DNA of 63,400 bases, the filler included. It is 5 parts of 5 records of this genome, joined end to end, with 100 filler letters (N's around TTAATTAATTAA, not from the genome) between each part and the next. Parts side by side here need not be neighbours in the genome. Positions count along the whole stretch, not along the records: positions 1 to 23,233 come from SRR31156797_2382; 4 more parts are not named here. One strand, given 5' to 3'. Every line of letters starts with the position of its first letter. Position 1 is the first letter of the stretch. The translations under genes were made by a program, and so were the position numbers. Positions 10,468-20,421 of the stretch are shown in pieces. The notes beneath the pieces are model-generated. The model was not told where the DNA came from. It worked only from the letters and a program-made list of their open reading frames with translations, and made no database searches.

Positions 10468-12061
10468 TGTGATGATAATAGATGATGAATATTTAATACG
10501 TGAACTAATTAAAAAACTAGTTGACTGGGATGAGCTTGGTCTTAGAGTTGTAAGTGAAATAGAGAGCGGAAAAAATGCAATGGCTGAGATTGAGAAAGTT
10601 AAACCTGATATTATCCTTATGGATATCAATATTCCTTTTATCAATGGTATAGAATTATCTAAGTTGATATATGAAAGATACCCTGAGATTAAAATAATAA
10701 TCCTAACGGGACATGGTGAATTTGAATATGCAAAAGAAGCAATAAAAGCCAAAGTTGTGGAATATCTGCTGAAACCAATTAATAAAGAATTATTAAAAAT
10801 AGTTCTGAAAGATACTACTAAAACAGTAATTGAAGATAGAAAATTATCAAATATAATAAAAAATGCAAGTAAATTAGAAGATGAGCTTAACAAAGAAAAG
10901 TTTGTATACTCTCTTCTAAATAAAAAGAAGAGTTTTACCGAATCAGAATTAAATGAAGGTTTTAAGAAATATTTTAATAAAATAGATAAAAAAGGTCTGT
11001 TAGCTTTTGCTGTATCAATAGATGATCTTGAAATCAGATGCAGTACTCTAAAAGAGCGAGAGGAAACTTTGCAATATGTAAAAGAGTTATTTGTAGGATA
11101 TATAAATACATACAAAAGTTATGAATTTATTATAGCTAATGATATGTGTATCTACTGTATCTATTCTCATGAGTTTGATGAAAATATTTATATTAATGAG
11201 TTGAAAAAACTATTTGAAAATGTTAAGCAAGAGCTGTCTAAGATTAATAATCAATCAATTAATATGGTAGTTTCCAAAAATGTTGAATATGTTGAAAATT
11301 TACCTCAAGTTATGAAAAATCTAAAAAAACAATTAGCGAAAAAATTTGTAAATGGACGATCAAATTTTGGAATAGCACAAGATTATTATCCGGTCGGAGA
11401 TTTTGAGTTTGAGATTTTTTATAATAAAGAGGAGATTCTCTCTGCCCTTCGATTAGCAAATATTAAGGAGTTAAGAGAGTTAATTAATGAAATATTTGAT
11501 GAGTTACGCCTTATAAAATGCTCTAAAGAGTATGCTGTTTTTATAATTAATCATCTATTTTCAGTATTTATAGAATATTTCCATGATACTAAAAATGAAA
11601 ATAGTGAGTTTATGACTAAAAATCATGAACTATTGGAAGAGCTTAATTCAAAAGAGTTTTTAGTTGATATGGAAAACTCGCTAAATAACATTGTTAGTGA
11701 ATATTTAGTGGTTAAAAGTAAGCAAAAAAACAGCACTCAGAAATTACTGGAGAAAGCAAAAAAGATAGTTGATGATGAGTATCATAAAAAAGATATCTCG
11801 GTTGAGTATATAGCGGACAAGATAAATACAAATGTAAGTTACTTAGGGCATGTATTTAAAGAAGAGTTTGGAATAACTCTCAAAAGTTATATAAGTGACT
11901 GTAGGCTAAACAACGCTAAAAGAATAATAGATGCAGACAAAGAGGTACTACTCTATAAGGTAGCTGATATTATTGGTTATGATGATCCCTACTATTTTAG
12001 TAAATGTTTTAAGAAAAAATTCGGTATAACTCCAACAAAATATATGGAAAATAGAGAATAA
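10451..12061 (+). CDS. YesN-family response regulator (REC + AraC HTH)
   Basis: IIDDE...DIILMDINIP receiver; YYFSKCFKKKFGITP; overlaps kinase stop; start may be 10460. Confidence 0.92.
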   Translation: MIFMIDVMIIDDEYLIRELIKKLVDWDELGLRVVSEIESGKNAMAEIEKVKPDIILMDINIPFINGIELSKLIYERYPEIKIIILTGHGEFEYAKEAIKAKVVEYLLKPINKELLKIVLKDTTKTVIEDRKLSNIIKNASKLEDELNKEKFVYSLLNKKKSFTESELNEGFKKYFNKIDKKGLLAFAVSIDDLEIRCSTLKEREETLQYVKELFVGYINTYKSYEFIIANDMCIYCIYSHEFDENIYINELKKLFENVKQELSKINNQSINMVVSKNVEYVENLPQVMKNLKKQLAKKFVNGRSNFGIAQDYYPVGDFEFEIFYNKEEILSALRLANIKELRELINEIFDELRLIKCSKEYAVFIINHLFSVFIEYFHDTKNENSEFMTKNHELLEELNSKEFLVDMENSLNNIVSEYLVVKSKQKNSTQKLLEKAKKIVDDEYHKKDISVEYIADKINTNVSYLGHVFKEEFGITLKSYISDCRLNNAKRIIDADKEVLLYKVADIIGYDDPYYFSKCFKKKFGITPTKYMENRE

Positions 12062-12086
12062 ATAAGTGAAAACATATGGAGGAGTT

Positions 12087-13610
12087 ATGGTAAAAATAAA
12101 TAAATACCTGGAACAGATAGATGAAGTAATCCAAAATGGAAAGTTTAAAGATAATTGGACATCATTGCAGGCTTGCAATGAACCTCAGTGGTATAAAGAC
12201 GCAAAGTTTGGAATATTTATTCACTGGGGAGTGTACTCAGTACCTGCATTTGGTAGTGAATGGTATCCTAGAAATATGTATCGTAAAGGAACTAAGGAGT
12301 ATGAACATCATATAAAAACTTATGGTAGTCATAAAGAGTTTGGATATGAAGATTTTGTACCGATGTTTAAAGCTGAAAATTTTGATCCGGAGGAGTGGAT
12401 TGATCTGTTTGCAAAATCAGGTGCAAAATACTTTATGCCGGTAGCTGAGCATCATGACGGATTTCAGATGTATGGAAGTGAGATATCAAAGTGGAATGCA
12501 GTTGATATGGGGCCAAAGAGAGATATACTGGGTGAGCTTAAGGAAGCAGGAGCAAGAGAAGGTTTAGTTTTCTGTGCTTCAAGTCACAGAGCTGAAAACT
12601 ATTGGTTCTTCTCAGGAGCAAGAGAGTTTGACTCTGGGATACAGGATATAAGATGTCAAGAACCATATGGTTATGCTGATGAAAACTATAATATAGTTGA
12701 AACAAAGCATGGTCATGATCAAGTTATTGAAACACAGAATATATATGGGAAAGCACCTAGTAAAGAGCATTTGGATGACTGGTTAGTAAGAACATGTGAA
12801 CTAATAGATAAATATCAACCAAAAGTTGTTTGGTTTGATTGGTGGATACAAAATGTAGCATTCAAACCATATCTAAAGAAATTTGCAGCTTATTATTACA
12901 ATAGAGCACTTGAATGGGACGAAGAGGTAGCAATAAACTACAAAGAGGATGCATTTGCTCTTGGAACAGCGATATTTGATATGGAGAGAGGTCAATTAGC
13001 TGAGATAAGACCTAGATTCTGGCAAACTGATACAGCAGTTACAAAAAATTCATGGAGTTATACAGAGAGAAATGACTACAAAACACCTGAATCAATAGTT
13101 GCAGATCTAGTAGATATAGTTAGTAAAAATGGGTGTATGCTGTTAAACATTGGACCAAAAGCAGACGGGACTATTCCGGCAGAAGATAGAGAGATATTAT
13201 TGGATATTGGTAAGTGGTTAGATGTAAATGGTGAAGGGATATATGATACGACATTTTGGAGTGTTTACGGGGAGGGGCCTACTGAAATAATAGAGGGAAC
13301 CTTCCAAGATGTAGATAGAAATAGCTTCACAAGTGAAGATATTAGATTTACTTACAAAGCTCCATATATCTATGCACATGTACTAAAATGGCCAAAAGAT
13401 AATCAAGTAAAGATTAAATCTCTAGCTCTACCTGTAACAACATTAGAGAAAGAGGGTAGTAAGTATTTTAAAAGTGATATACTAGGAATTGAAGTTCTTG
13501 GATATGATGCAGAAGCTAAATATTCGCAAGATAAAAAAGGGTTAAATATTAGTGTAGCTGGAGATATAGATACAACATATCCAGTTTGCTTAAAGATAAA
13601 AATTGATTAA
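12087..13610 (+). CDS. Alpha-L-fucosidase, GH29
   Basis: WYKDAKFGIFIHWGVYSVP, EHHDGF, WFD (nucleophile region), VSKNGCMLLNIGP; GGAGG RBS before ATG 12087; no signal peptide. Confidence 0.9.
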   Translation: MVKINKYLEQIDEVIQNGKFKDNWTSLQACNEPQWYKDAKFGIFIHWGVYSVPAFGSEWYPRNMYRKGTKEYEHHIKTYGSHKEFGYEDFVPMFKAENFDPEEWIDLFAKSGAKYFMPVAEHHDGFQMYGSEISKWNAVDMGPKRDILGELKEAGAREGLVFCASSHRAENYWFFSGAREFDSGIQDIRCQEPYGYADENYNIVETKHGHDQVIETQNIYGKAPSKEHLDDWLVRTCELIDKYQPKVVWFDWWIQNVAFKPYLKKFAAYYYNRALEWDEEVAINYKEDAFALGTAIFDMERGQLAEIRPRFWQTDTAVTKNSWSYTERNDYKTPESIVADLVDIVSKNGCMLLNIGPKADGTIPAEDREILLDIGKWLDVNGEGIYDTTFWSVYGEGPTEIIEGTFQDVDRNSFTSEDIRFTYKAPYIYAHVLKWPKDNQVKIKSLALPVTTLEKEGSKYFKSDILGIEVLGYDAEAKYSQDKKGLNISVAGDIDTTYPVCLKIKID

Positions 13611-13617
13611 ATATGTT

Positions 13618-13649
13618 AAAAGAGTTCGGCGTAAGCTGAACTCTTTTTT
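13618..13649. terminator. Bidirectional intrinsic terminator
   Basis: AAAAGAGTTCGGC-gtaa-GCTGAACTCTTTT between convergent genes. Confidence 0.85.
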
Positions 13650-13650
13650 G

Positions 13651-14448
13651 TTAAGGCATTAATTTAGAATTTCTATATTTTGAAGGTGAAATATTAAAAT
13701 GCTTCTTGAAAGTTGTTGAGAAATGGAACTGATTGCAAAACCCAACTTTTTTAGAAATTTCTTCAATTGATAACTCACTGTTCAATAATAAAGCTGTTGC
13801 TTCGTTTAGTTTAGAGTTTAAAATATACTGATATGGTGTTATGCCAAAATTTTGCTTAAACAGTCTTAAAAAATATGATTTATTTAAATAAACAGTCTCA
13901 GCAATTTCATCTAAAAATATCTCTCGCTCAAGATTTTTGTCGATGAAGTCAACAGCAGGTTTTAGTTTGGTATATACAGAATAGTTAATTTTAATGAAAT
14001 TATCTTTTCCACTGATTAATAATTCCGAAATAATAGCAAGTAAAGTTGAATGTAACTGCAGGCTCTCACCTAAATTTACGCTATTAGAAAAGACCCTTTC
14101 AATAATTTTATAATCAAAATTATTAAATAGTTTATTATCAAAATCCCACGAATAAAAATTCTCAAGTTTACTAAGGTGCATATTCAAGTATAGTGAATCA
14201 GGAATAAAATGAATCCAATACATATCAATATGATCAGAACAGATATTTTTTTCAAGTTTATGCGTATCTAAAAAGTAGATTTTATTTTTTTCTAATTTAT
14301 ATAATTTTCCATCAATAATTGTTTCAGCGTATCCATCTGTAATTACATATAATTTATAACATTTATCGCCATTCTGAAATGTCATATTCCACTCTTCTTT
14401 ACAACGGTTAAAGCCTCCTTTTGTCAATCGTATATTTAGATTATCCAT
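13651..14448 (-). CDS. AraC-family transcriptional regulator
   Basis: Cupin-like N-terminus (WIHF); HTH with YFLRLFKQNFGITP and GFCNQFHFSTTFKKHFNISPSKYR. Confidence 0.92.
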   Translation of the reverse strand: MDNLNIRLTKGGFNRCKEEWNMTFQNGDKCYKLYVITDGYAETIIDGKLYKLEKNKIYFLDTHKLEKNICSDHIDMYWIHFIPDSLYLNMHLSKLENFYSWDFDNKLFNNFDYKIIERVFSNSVNLGESLQLHSTLLAIISELLISGKDNFIKINYSVYTKLKPAVDFIDKNLEREIFLDEIAETVYLNKSYFLRLFKQNFGITPYQYILNSKLNEATALLLNSELSIEEISKKVGFCNQFHFSTTFKKHFNISPSKYRNSKLMP

Positions 14449-14634
14449 ATTTTCTCCTTTTATGAGTTATATTACTAAAATTAACATTTACTAGCTTAGT
14501 TTAATATAATTTTATCTTATTAAAATAGATATGTCAATTATACGTATAAAATAGTGTGTTTTACTTATGGTGTTTTTACTTATATTTAGCTATACTTATG
14601 TTAAGAAAAAAACAAGTAAATGAGAGGAGAAAAT

Positions 14635-15666
14635 ATGAATAGTATAGAACGATTTTTTGCGACACTTGAGAGAAAATCAGTTGATTATCCGGCATCTTGG
14701 TTAGGTGTGCCTGTTCCATCAGCTGAAAAGGGACTTAAGGAGTATTTTAAAATTGATGATATCACCGATATGACATTAGCTCTCGACTCTGATGTACATG
14801 CAGTAGAGATGCCATATAATTCACCATATGCAAAAGAGATATATAATGCACTTAATTTTGCTAAACATTTTGAAGCTAACGCTGAAGAGAGAACACTAAC
14901 GGAAGAGGGTTTCTTCGCTAATTATAGTGATCCAAGTAAAATTGATGATTTTAAGTGGCCTGATCCAAAGTTATATATAAAAGCTGAAGAATGCTTGAGA
15001 GTAGTAGAAGATACTCCGAAAGATAAGGCTATTCTAGGAGTTTTGTGGTCATCACATTTCCAAGATGCATGTGCTGCATTTGGTATGGAAAATGCCCTGA
15101 TGAAAATGATACTTGAACCAGATATGTTCCAAGCGGTGATAGATAGAATAGTTGAATTTTATCTAGAAGCAAACAAGATATTTTATGAAGCAACTAAAGG
15201 GAAAGTGCATGCAATACTTATAGGGAATGATCTGGGAAGTCAGAGTGCACTAATGATATCACCAGATGATATCAAAAGATTTGTGCTACCGGGAACAAAA
15301 AAATTAGTTGAGCAAGCTAAAAACTATGGTTTGAAAGTTATTCATCACTCTTGTGGAGCAATAAGAGATATAATTCCTGATTTGATAGATGTAGGAGTCG
15401 ATGTAGTTCATCCAATCCAAGCATTAGCTACAGGAATGGAGCCAGATGGATTAAAGAATGATTTCGGAGAGATAGCTTCATTTTGTGGAGGAGTAGATGC
15501 ACAGAATCTATTGGTAAATGGTAGCCCGGAAGAAGTAGAAGCAAAAGTGCAAGAGCTAAAAAGTATATTCCCAACAGGGTTAATACTCTCACCTAGTCAT
15601 GAGGCTATTTTACCTGATGTACCGCCAGCAAATATAGATGCACTGTTTAGAGCCGTAAAGAGATAA
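14635..15666 (+). CDS. Uroporphyrinogen decarboxylase / MtaA-CmuA methyltransferase superfamily protein
   Basis: MNSIERF start, G.E.AL, GNDLGSQ..LMISP, HSCG, HPIQ, GGVDAQ..L..G.PEEV, SPSH; GAGGAG RBS before ATG 14635. Confidence 0.85.
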   Translation: MNSIERFFATLERKSVDYPASWLGVPVPSAEKGLKEYFKIDDITDMTLALDSDVHAVEMPYNSPYAKEIYNALNFAKHFEANAEERTLTEEGFFANYSDPSKIDDFKWPDPKLYIKAEECLRVVEDTPKDKAILGVLWSSHFQDACAAFGMENALMKMILEPDMFQAVIDRIVEFYLEANKIFYEATKGKVHAILIGNDLGSQSALMISPDDIKRFVLPGTKKLVEQAKNYGLKVIHHSCGAIRDIIPDLIDVGVDVVHPIQALATGMEPDGLKNDFGEIASFCGGVDAQNLLVNGSPEEVEAKVQELKSIFPTGLILSPSHEAILPDVPPANIDALFRAVKR

Positions 15667-15698
15667 ATCATAAAAAACTAACTGAGGAGATAAAAGAG

Positions 15699-17120
15699 AT
15701 GGAAAAAAAGAGAGAGTTTCAACTTGATTGGTCAAAATTAGAGAGAGAATGCCCGGAATGGTTTCGAGATGCAAAGTTTGGGATATATTTTCATTTTGGT
15801 CCATATAGTGTACCTGCATATGATAGTGAGTGGTATTCAACAAATATGTATAGAGATGCACCAAGTGATAATGGTGTAGATGTAAAAAAATATCATGAAG
15901 AAACATATGGAAAAATTTCTGAATTTGGCTATAAAGATTTTATACCGATGTTCAAAGCTGAAAAATTTGATGCATCTGAATGGGCAGAACTTATGTATAG
16001 AGCAGGTGCAAAATACGGCGGCCCTGTAACTATCCATGCTGATGGCTTTGCTATGTGGGATAGTGAGGTAAATAGATTTAATTCTAAACTGATGGGACCG
16101 ATGCAAGATATAGTAGGTGATATGGAACGAGAGATAAGAAAAAGAGATATGAAATTTATAGCAACTTTCCATCAACATTGGAAATGGGGCTGGTACTCAT
16201 CAAATGATCCTTTTGCTGATAGTTCTGAGCCAGAAAATTTTGATCTCTATGGAGAAGTTTTACCAATAAGTGCATTTAGACGAGAACCCGACCTAAACTT
16301 TCCTATTCCTATGCCTACTGAGAGATTTAGCAGACAATGGAGAGATGAGATAGTTGAAGTGGTAGATAAATATAAGCCTGATTTAGTTTATTTTGATAAC
16401 AGAGCAGAGATAATTGATGAAAAGTATAGAAGAGATTTCATGGAATATTATTATTATTCTGCTGATAAAGAAAATAAAGAAGTACTAGTGACATATAAAC
16501 ATAATGATTTTCCACGAGATACAGCCGTTGAAGATTTAGAGTGTGGTAGAATGTCAGAAGTAAGAAATTTTGTCTGGCAAAATGATGATAAAATAGAGTG
16601 GAATTCATGGTCATATGTAGAAGAATCAAAGTTTAAAGAACCAGCAAGAGTAATTCATTCTCTGATAGATGTAGTCAGTAAAAATGGTAATTTATTGCTG
16701 AATATTGGACCAAAAGCTGATGGTACTATTCCGGAGGAAGCTAAACAGATATTATACAGAGTTGGGGATTGGTTAAAAGTTAATGGTGAAGCAATTTACG
16801 CAAGCAGGCCATTTAGGGTAAGTGGCGAGGGGCCTACTGAAGTTATAGAGGGACATTTCTCTGAAGCAAAACAGCTGGATTTTACTTGGCAAGATATGCG
16901 ATTTACTTGTAAAGGAGATACATTATATTTATTTGTGTTAGGAGAAGCAAGTGAGGATATAGTAGTCAAAAAATTAGGAAAAGATGGCTATAAAGAGATA
17001 AGTTCTATCGAACTACTTGGGAGTGATGAAAAAATTGATTGGAAGCAGGAAGAGAGTTTAATTATTGAGAAGCCTAGGGAAATTCCTTTTAGTGAAGCAT
17101 TTGTGTTTAAGATAAAATAG
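15699..17120 (+). CDS. Alpha-L-fucosidase, GH29 (second paralog)
   Basis: WFRDAKFGIYFHFGPYSVP, HADGF, YFD, VSKNGNLLLNIGP; no signal peptide. Confidence 0.88.
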   Translation: MEKKREFQLDWSKLERECPEWFRDAKFGIYFHFGPYSVPAYDSEWYSTNMYRDAPSDNGVDVKKYHEETYGKISEFGYKDFIPMFKAEKFDASEWAELMYRAGAKYGGPVTIHADGFAMWDSEVNRFNSKLMGPMQDIVGDMEREIRKRDMKFIATFHQHWKWGWYSSNDPFADSSEPENFDLYGEVLPISAFRREPDLNFPIPMPTERFSRQWRDEIVEVVDKYKPDLVYFDNRAEIIDEKYRRDFMEYYYYSADKENKEVLVTYKHNDFPRDTAVEDLECGRMSEVRNFVWQNDDKIEWNSWSYVEESKFKEPARVIHSLIDVVSKNGNLLLNIGPKADGTIPEEAKQILYRVGDWLKVNGEAIYASRPFRVSGEGPTEVIEGHFSEAKQLDFTWQDMRFTCKGDTLYLFVLGEASEDIVVKKLGKDGYKEISSIELLGSDEKIDWKQEESLIIEKPREIPFSEAFVFKIK

Positions 17121-17135
17121 AGAAACCGGAGAGAT

Positions 17136-17173
17136 AAAAAACAGCTTAGAGCAAATGCTCCAAGCTGTTTTTT
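17136..17173. terminator. Bidirectional intrinsic terminator
   Basis: AAAAAACAGCTT.GAGC...GCTC.AAGCTGTTTTTT between convergent genes. Confidence 0.85.
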
Positions 17174-17184
17174 ATTTAAAATTC

Positions 17185-17952
17185 TTATTTATCGTAGTAC
17201 CCATTATCAAATTTAGCTTTGATTTTATCATATACACCATTACTATAGATCATATCAAGCCCCTTATTGAATTTATCTCTCACGTCTGTATTGTCAGAAT
17301 GAGCTTTTGTTAAAATAAGATGAAACTTTCTAGTAGAAAGTGGTTTTGGATTATATGCGATTCTGTCTCTTTGAGCTGCGCTTAGAGTTGTTCTCATAAA
17401 ATAACCTGCAACATTTGTTTCATATGGGATTGCATCAATTCTACCAGCTAGTAATCGCTTGAATAAAATGTCATAACCTCCCAGTCTTTCGAAGTTAAGT
17501 TGATCTTTTTTAGCATAATTTTCAAAAACAGGGTATTTCGCATGAAGAGTTAATCCAATTTTTTTACCAATTAAATCATCTAATGTATCCCATTCAATAG
17601 GTTTTTTCTTTGCGTAATATACAACCAAAGGATCAGAAACTACAGGTTTTGTATAATAGAATGATTTTTCTCTTTCAGGTGTTCTAACCCATAAGATAGT
17701 CCCGTTTATTTTTCCCCCGTCAACATCTTCTCCGTCTTCTGCATATGAAAATGCTCTTTTCCATGGTAAATATACATATTCAACATCTACTCCAACTTCA
17801 TCAAATGCCGCTGTAACTATTGCAGTTCCAAACCCTCCATCATTTAGTTTTTCAGAAAGGTAAGGTGGCCATTGACCAGTGGTTAAACGCACTGTTTCTG
17901 CAAAACTACTTAATGATAAAACTAAGATTAAAAGTACCAACATTTTTTTCAT
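17185..17952 (-). CDS. Stand-alone periplasmic substrate-binding protein (SBP family 3)
   Basis: Signal peptide; WPPY, LPWKRA, L.AGRIDA, FNKGL motifs. Confidence 0.8.
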   Translation of the reverse strand: MKKMLVLLILVLSLSSFAETVRLTTGQWPPYLSEKLNDGGFGTAIVTAAFDEVGVDVEYVYLPWKRAFSYAEDGEDVDGGKINGTILWVRTPEREKSFYYTKPVVSDPLVVYYAKKKPIEWDTLDDLIGKKIGLTLHAKYPVFENYAKKDQLNFERLGGYDILFKRLLAGRIDAIPYETNVAGYFMRTTLSAAQRDRIAYNPKPLSTRKFHLILTKAHSDNTDVRDKFNKGLDMIYSNGVYDKIKAKFDNGYYDK

Positions 17953-18035
17953 AAACCTCACTCCTTTTTGTTTTTAAGACTCACGTAATTATTATACTAG
18001 TTTAGTAAGGAATATCCTTGTTTTATATTGGAAAA

Positions 18036-18067
18036 TAAAAAAAGAAGTTCCATTTTAAGAACTTCTT
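18036..18067 (-). terminator. Intrinsic terminator after the AEC transporter gene
   Basis: AAGAAGTTC...GAACTTCTT hairpin; + strand A-run gives a U tail on the - strand. Confidence 0.65.
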
Positions 18068-18085
18068 GTGAGTTTATCTAAGATA

Positions 18086-19009
18086 CTAAATTAATGCAAT
18101 AATTGCTATTCCGGCAAATGAAACGAATGTGTAGAGAAGAACTGAATTACTAAAAAAACTAACTTCATTTACCCTTTCTTTATTAATAAAAACAGGAAGA
18201 ACATATACTGGTGGAAGCATGAAATATCCTAAAAATAGCTTTGGAAAAATGGGGTCAATTTTTCCAATAAAGTTGTTTATCAGGAAAAAAGAAGTAAGTG
18301 CCAGAATTATTGCTCCCAAAAGTCTAATACTAATATACTTAAAGTTTTGCGAAATATTTATGTTGTTCAATTTCATAGAGTAACCTAGTATTAGAAGTAT
18401 CATAGCAGTCGCGATATTAGCAAGTGTCTGCATCAGATTCATTGTTCCGACTACAAAGATATTAGTTTCAATCAGATTAAAAATACCTGTGATATTTAAA
18501 GTTAAACCTATTACTATTGAGAGTAAAATAGGTGATTTAATCATAGAAGATAGATATTCTCTTATATTAACTGATGAGTTATTCTTGTACTCAATTAATG
18601 GAATATAGAGAAACCAAATAAATATAACATTTCCAAGACTGATGAGTGATAGCAGAGGTAGTATCTCCATTCCCCATAATGCAGTAAATATCGGTATTCC
18701 TATCATTCCGTTTTCAAATCCGGCTAAGTACCATGATGCATATTCATGATCAAATTTATTTTTAAGGAGTTTTCCTATATACATCATTATACAACCACTG
18801 ATAAAAACAGCTGCAAATATTAGCAGGTATTCCATCTGAATATCTGCCTTTATATAGGAGATAAAGAGTATAGACGGGATAGCCATATTAAACATAATAT
18901 ATTTGATTCCTTCGATTACATCGTCTGTTATTTTGTTATTAAACTGCATACGATATCCCAGAAAAATCAAGATAAACATAGGCATAAATTTTGTTATTAA
19001 TACTTCCAA
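18086..19009 (-). CDS. AEC (auxin efflux carrier)-family transporter
   Basis: About 10 TM helices; N.G.IG.PI and SP.L.SI..G motifs; directly downstream of LacI. Confidence 0.75.
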   Translation of the reverse strand: MEVLITKFMPMFILIFLGYRMQFNNKITDDVIEGIKYIMFNMAIPSILFISYIKADIQMEYLLIFAAVFISGCIMMYIGKLLKNKFDHEYASWYLAGFENGMIGIPIFTALWGMEILPLLSLISLGNVIFIWFLYIPLIEYKNNSSVNIREYLSSMIKSPILLSIVIGLTLNITGIFNLIETNIFVVGTMNLMQTLANIATAMILLILGYSMKLNNINISQNFKYISIRLLGAIILALTSFFLINNFIGKIDPIFPKLFLGYFMLPPVYVLPVFINKERVNEVSFFSNSVLLYTFVSFAGIAIIALI

Positions 19010-19010
19010 T

Positions 19011-20009
19011 TTATAACTCCTTCACTGAATCATTTATTTTTATATCTGCCTTCAACCTGTTAATTGAAGGAAAGTTCTTTTTATCTCCATTTAATCTTGT
19101 TAATAATAGATCAGCCGCTTTTTTACCCAGGTTTTTAAGAGGTTGCTCAACGATAGACAGTGCAGGTTTTACAACCTGAGATAATTGCATATTATCAAAG
19201 CCTATTAGTGATAATTCCTCAGGAATCTTAACATCTAACTTATTAATTGCCATAATAACACCTACAGTCATCTCATAGTTTGTAATAAATAAAGCTGTGG
19301 GTCTGTCTTTTGATTCCCATAACTCTACAAACATGTTATAGCCGCCTTCAATAGTATAATTTCCATATTTAACATAGTTTGGATTTACTTCCAGATCATA
19401 ATCTTCGTGTACCCTCTGATAACCCTTTAATCTTTCTTTAGCTGTATAGAGCTCTTCAGGACCTAAAATTATCCCTGTTTTCTTATGATTTCTAACTATT
19501 AATTGCTCTACTGCATCATATGATGCCTTGGCATTATCAAGTAAAACCAGATCAGATTTTAAATTTTTAAGCATTCTATCCATGAATACTACCGGGATAT
19601 CATCTCTGTTTAATTCTTTAAAAGTTTCAGCATCGATTTTGTTTGGTACCATAATTAAACCGTCAATGTTTTTATTAAGCAGGAATTTCAACTTACTTTT
19701 TTCCAAGTCTTCATCTTCTCTATAATCACAGAACAGAGTACTATAGCCATATTTAATCAGCTCATTTTCTATCTCAGAACTAATAGTTGTAAAGAATATA
19801 TTTTCAAAGCTGGGAATCAATATTCCTATAGTCATGCTCTTTTGTGTTTTAAGACTTCTAGCTGTCAAATTAACTCTATAGTTTAACTTTTTTATTGCGT
19901 TTTCTATTAATATTTTGTTTTCGCCAAGGACATTACCGCCGTTTATATACTTTGATATTGTAGCAATTGATAAACCGGTATGTTTGGCGAGATCCTTCAT
20001 AGTTGACAT
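19011..20009 (-). CDS. LacI-family transcriptional regulator
   Basis: TMKDLAKHTGLSIATISKYIN HTH, hinge N..ARSL, IPEELSLIGFD. Confidence 0.95.
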   Translation of the reverse strand: MSTMKDLAKHTGLSIATISKYINGGNVLGENKILIENAIKKLNYRVNLTARSLKTQKSMTIGILIPSFENIFFTTISSEIENELIKYGYSTLFCDYREDEDLEKSKLKFLLNKNIDGLIMVPNKIDAETFKELNRDDIPVVFMDRMLKNLKSDLVLLDNAKASYDAVEQLIVRNHKKTGIILGPEELYTAKERLKGYQRVHEDYDLEVNPNYVKYGNYTIEGGYNMFVELWESKDRPTALFITNYEMTVGVIMAINKLDVKIPEELSLIGFDNMQLSQVVKPALSIVEQPLKNLGKKAADLLLTRLNGDKKNFPSINRLKADIKINDSVKEL

Positions 20010-20040
20010 TCCAAATTCCCCCTAATTATTGCGAATCCCA

Positions 20041-20053
20041 TAAAACGTTTCGT
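20041..20053. promoter_or_regulatory. Degenerate LacI operator upstream of the LacI gene (autoregulation)
   Basis: TAAAACGTTTCGT shares the AAACGTTT core and one half-site. Confidence 0.55.
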
Positions 20054-20232
20054 TGTTATTATGAATGTTTTATTAAATTACTGATATAAATTTTATCTTT
20101 ATTTCGCGAAAAAGTCAAACTGATAATTTGTCTGAAAATTTAGATCTATTTTCATGATGCTAAAAATCATAATAAAATAAAAGGTTTTAGACTTATTCAA
20201 AGAAAATAACCTAAATAATAAAATTTTTGTTA

Positions 20233-20261
20233 TTGACTTTTACAAATTAAATGAGTATACT
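20233..20261 (+). promoter_or_regulatory. sigma70/sigmaA promoter of the FGGY kinase gene
   Basis: TTGACT-17 bp-TATACT. Confidence 0.75.
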
Positions 20262-20268
20262 CATATTG

Positions 20269-20284
20269 AGCGAAACGTTTAGCT
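20269..20284. promoter_or_regulatory. LacI-family operator at the transcription start
   Basis: AGCGAAACGTTTAGCT. Confidence 0.8.
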
Positions 20285-20379
20285 TTTGATAAGTTACCTC
20301 TTTCATCCTTTAAAATAAGTTTTTATTTAGATTTTGTTTCATAATAATGAGTCGGTAGATTCTCTTTTTTTAAACTTAA

Positions 20380-20395
20380 AGCGAAACGTTTAGCT
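20380..20395. promoter_or_regulatory. LacI-family operator (second identical copy)
   Basis: AGCGAAACGTTTAGCT, 111 bp downstream of the first copy. Confidence 0.8.
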
Positions 20396-20421
20396 CTTAT
20401 TATTCAATTGGAGGTAAGTAA

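Noticed and set aside
14635-15666. hemE annotation
   Set aside because: Lacks the N-terminal RQAGR motif of true uroporphyrinogen decarboxylases and has no tetrapyrrole gene context
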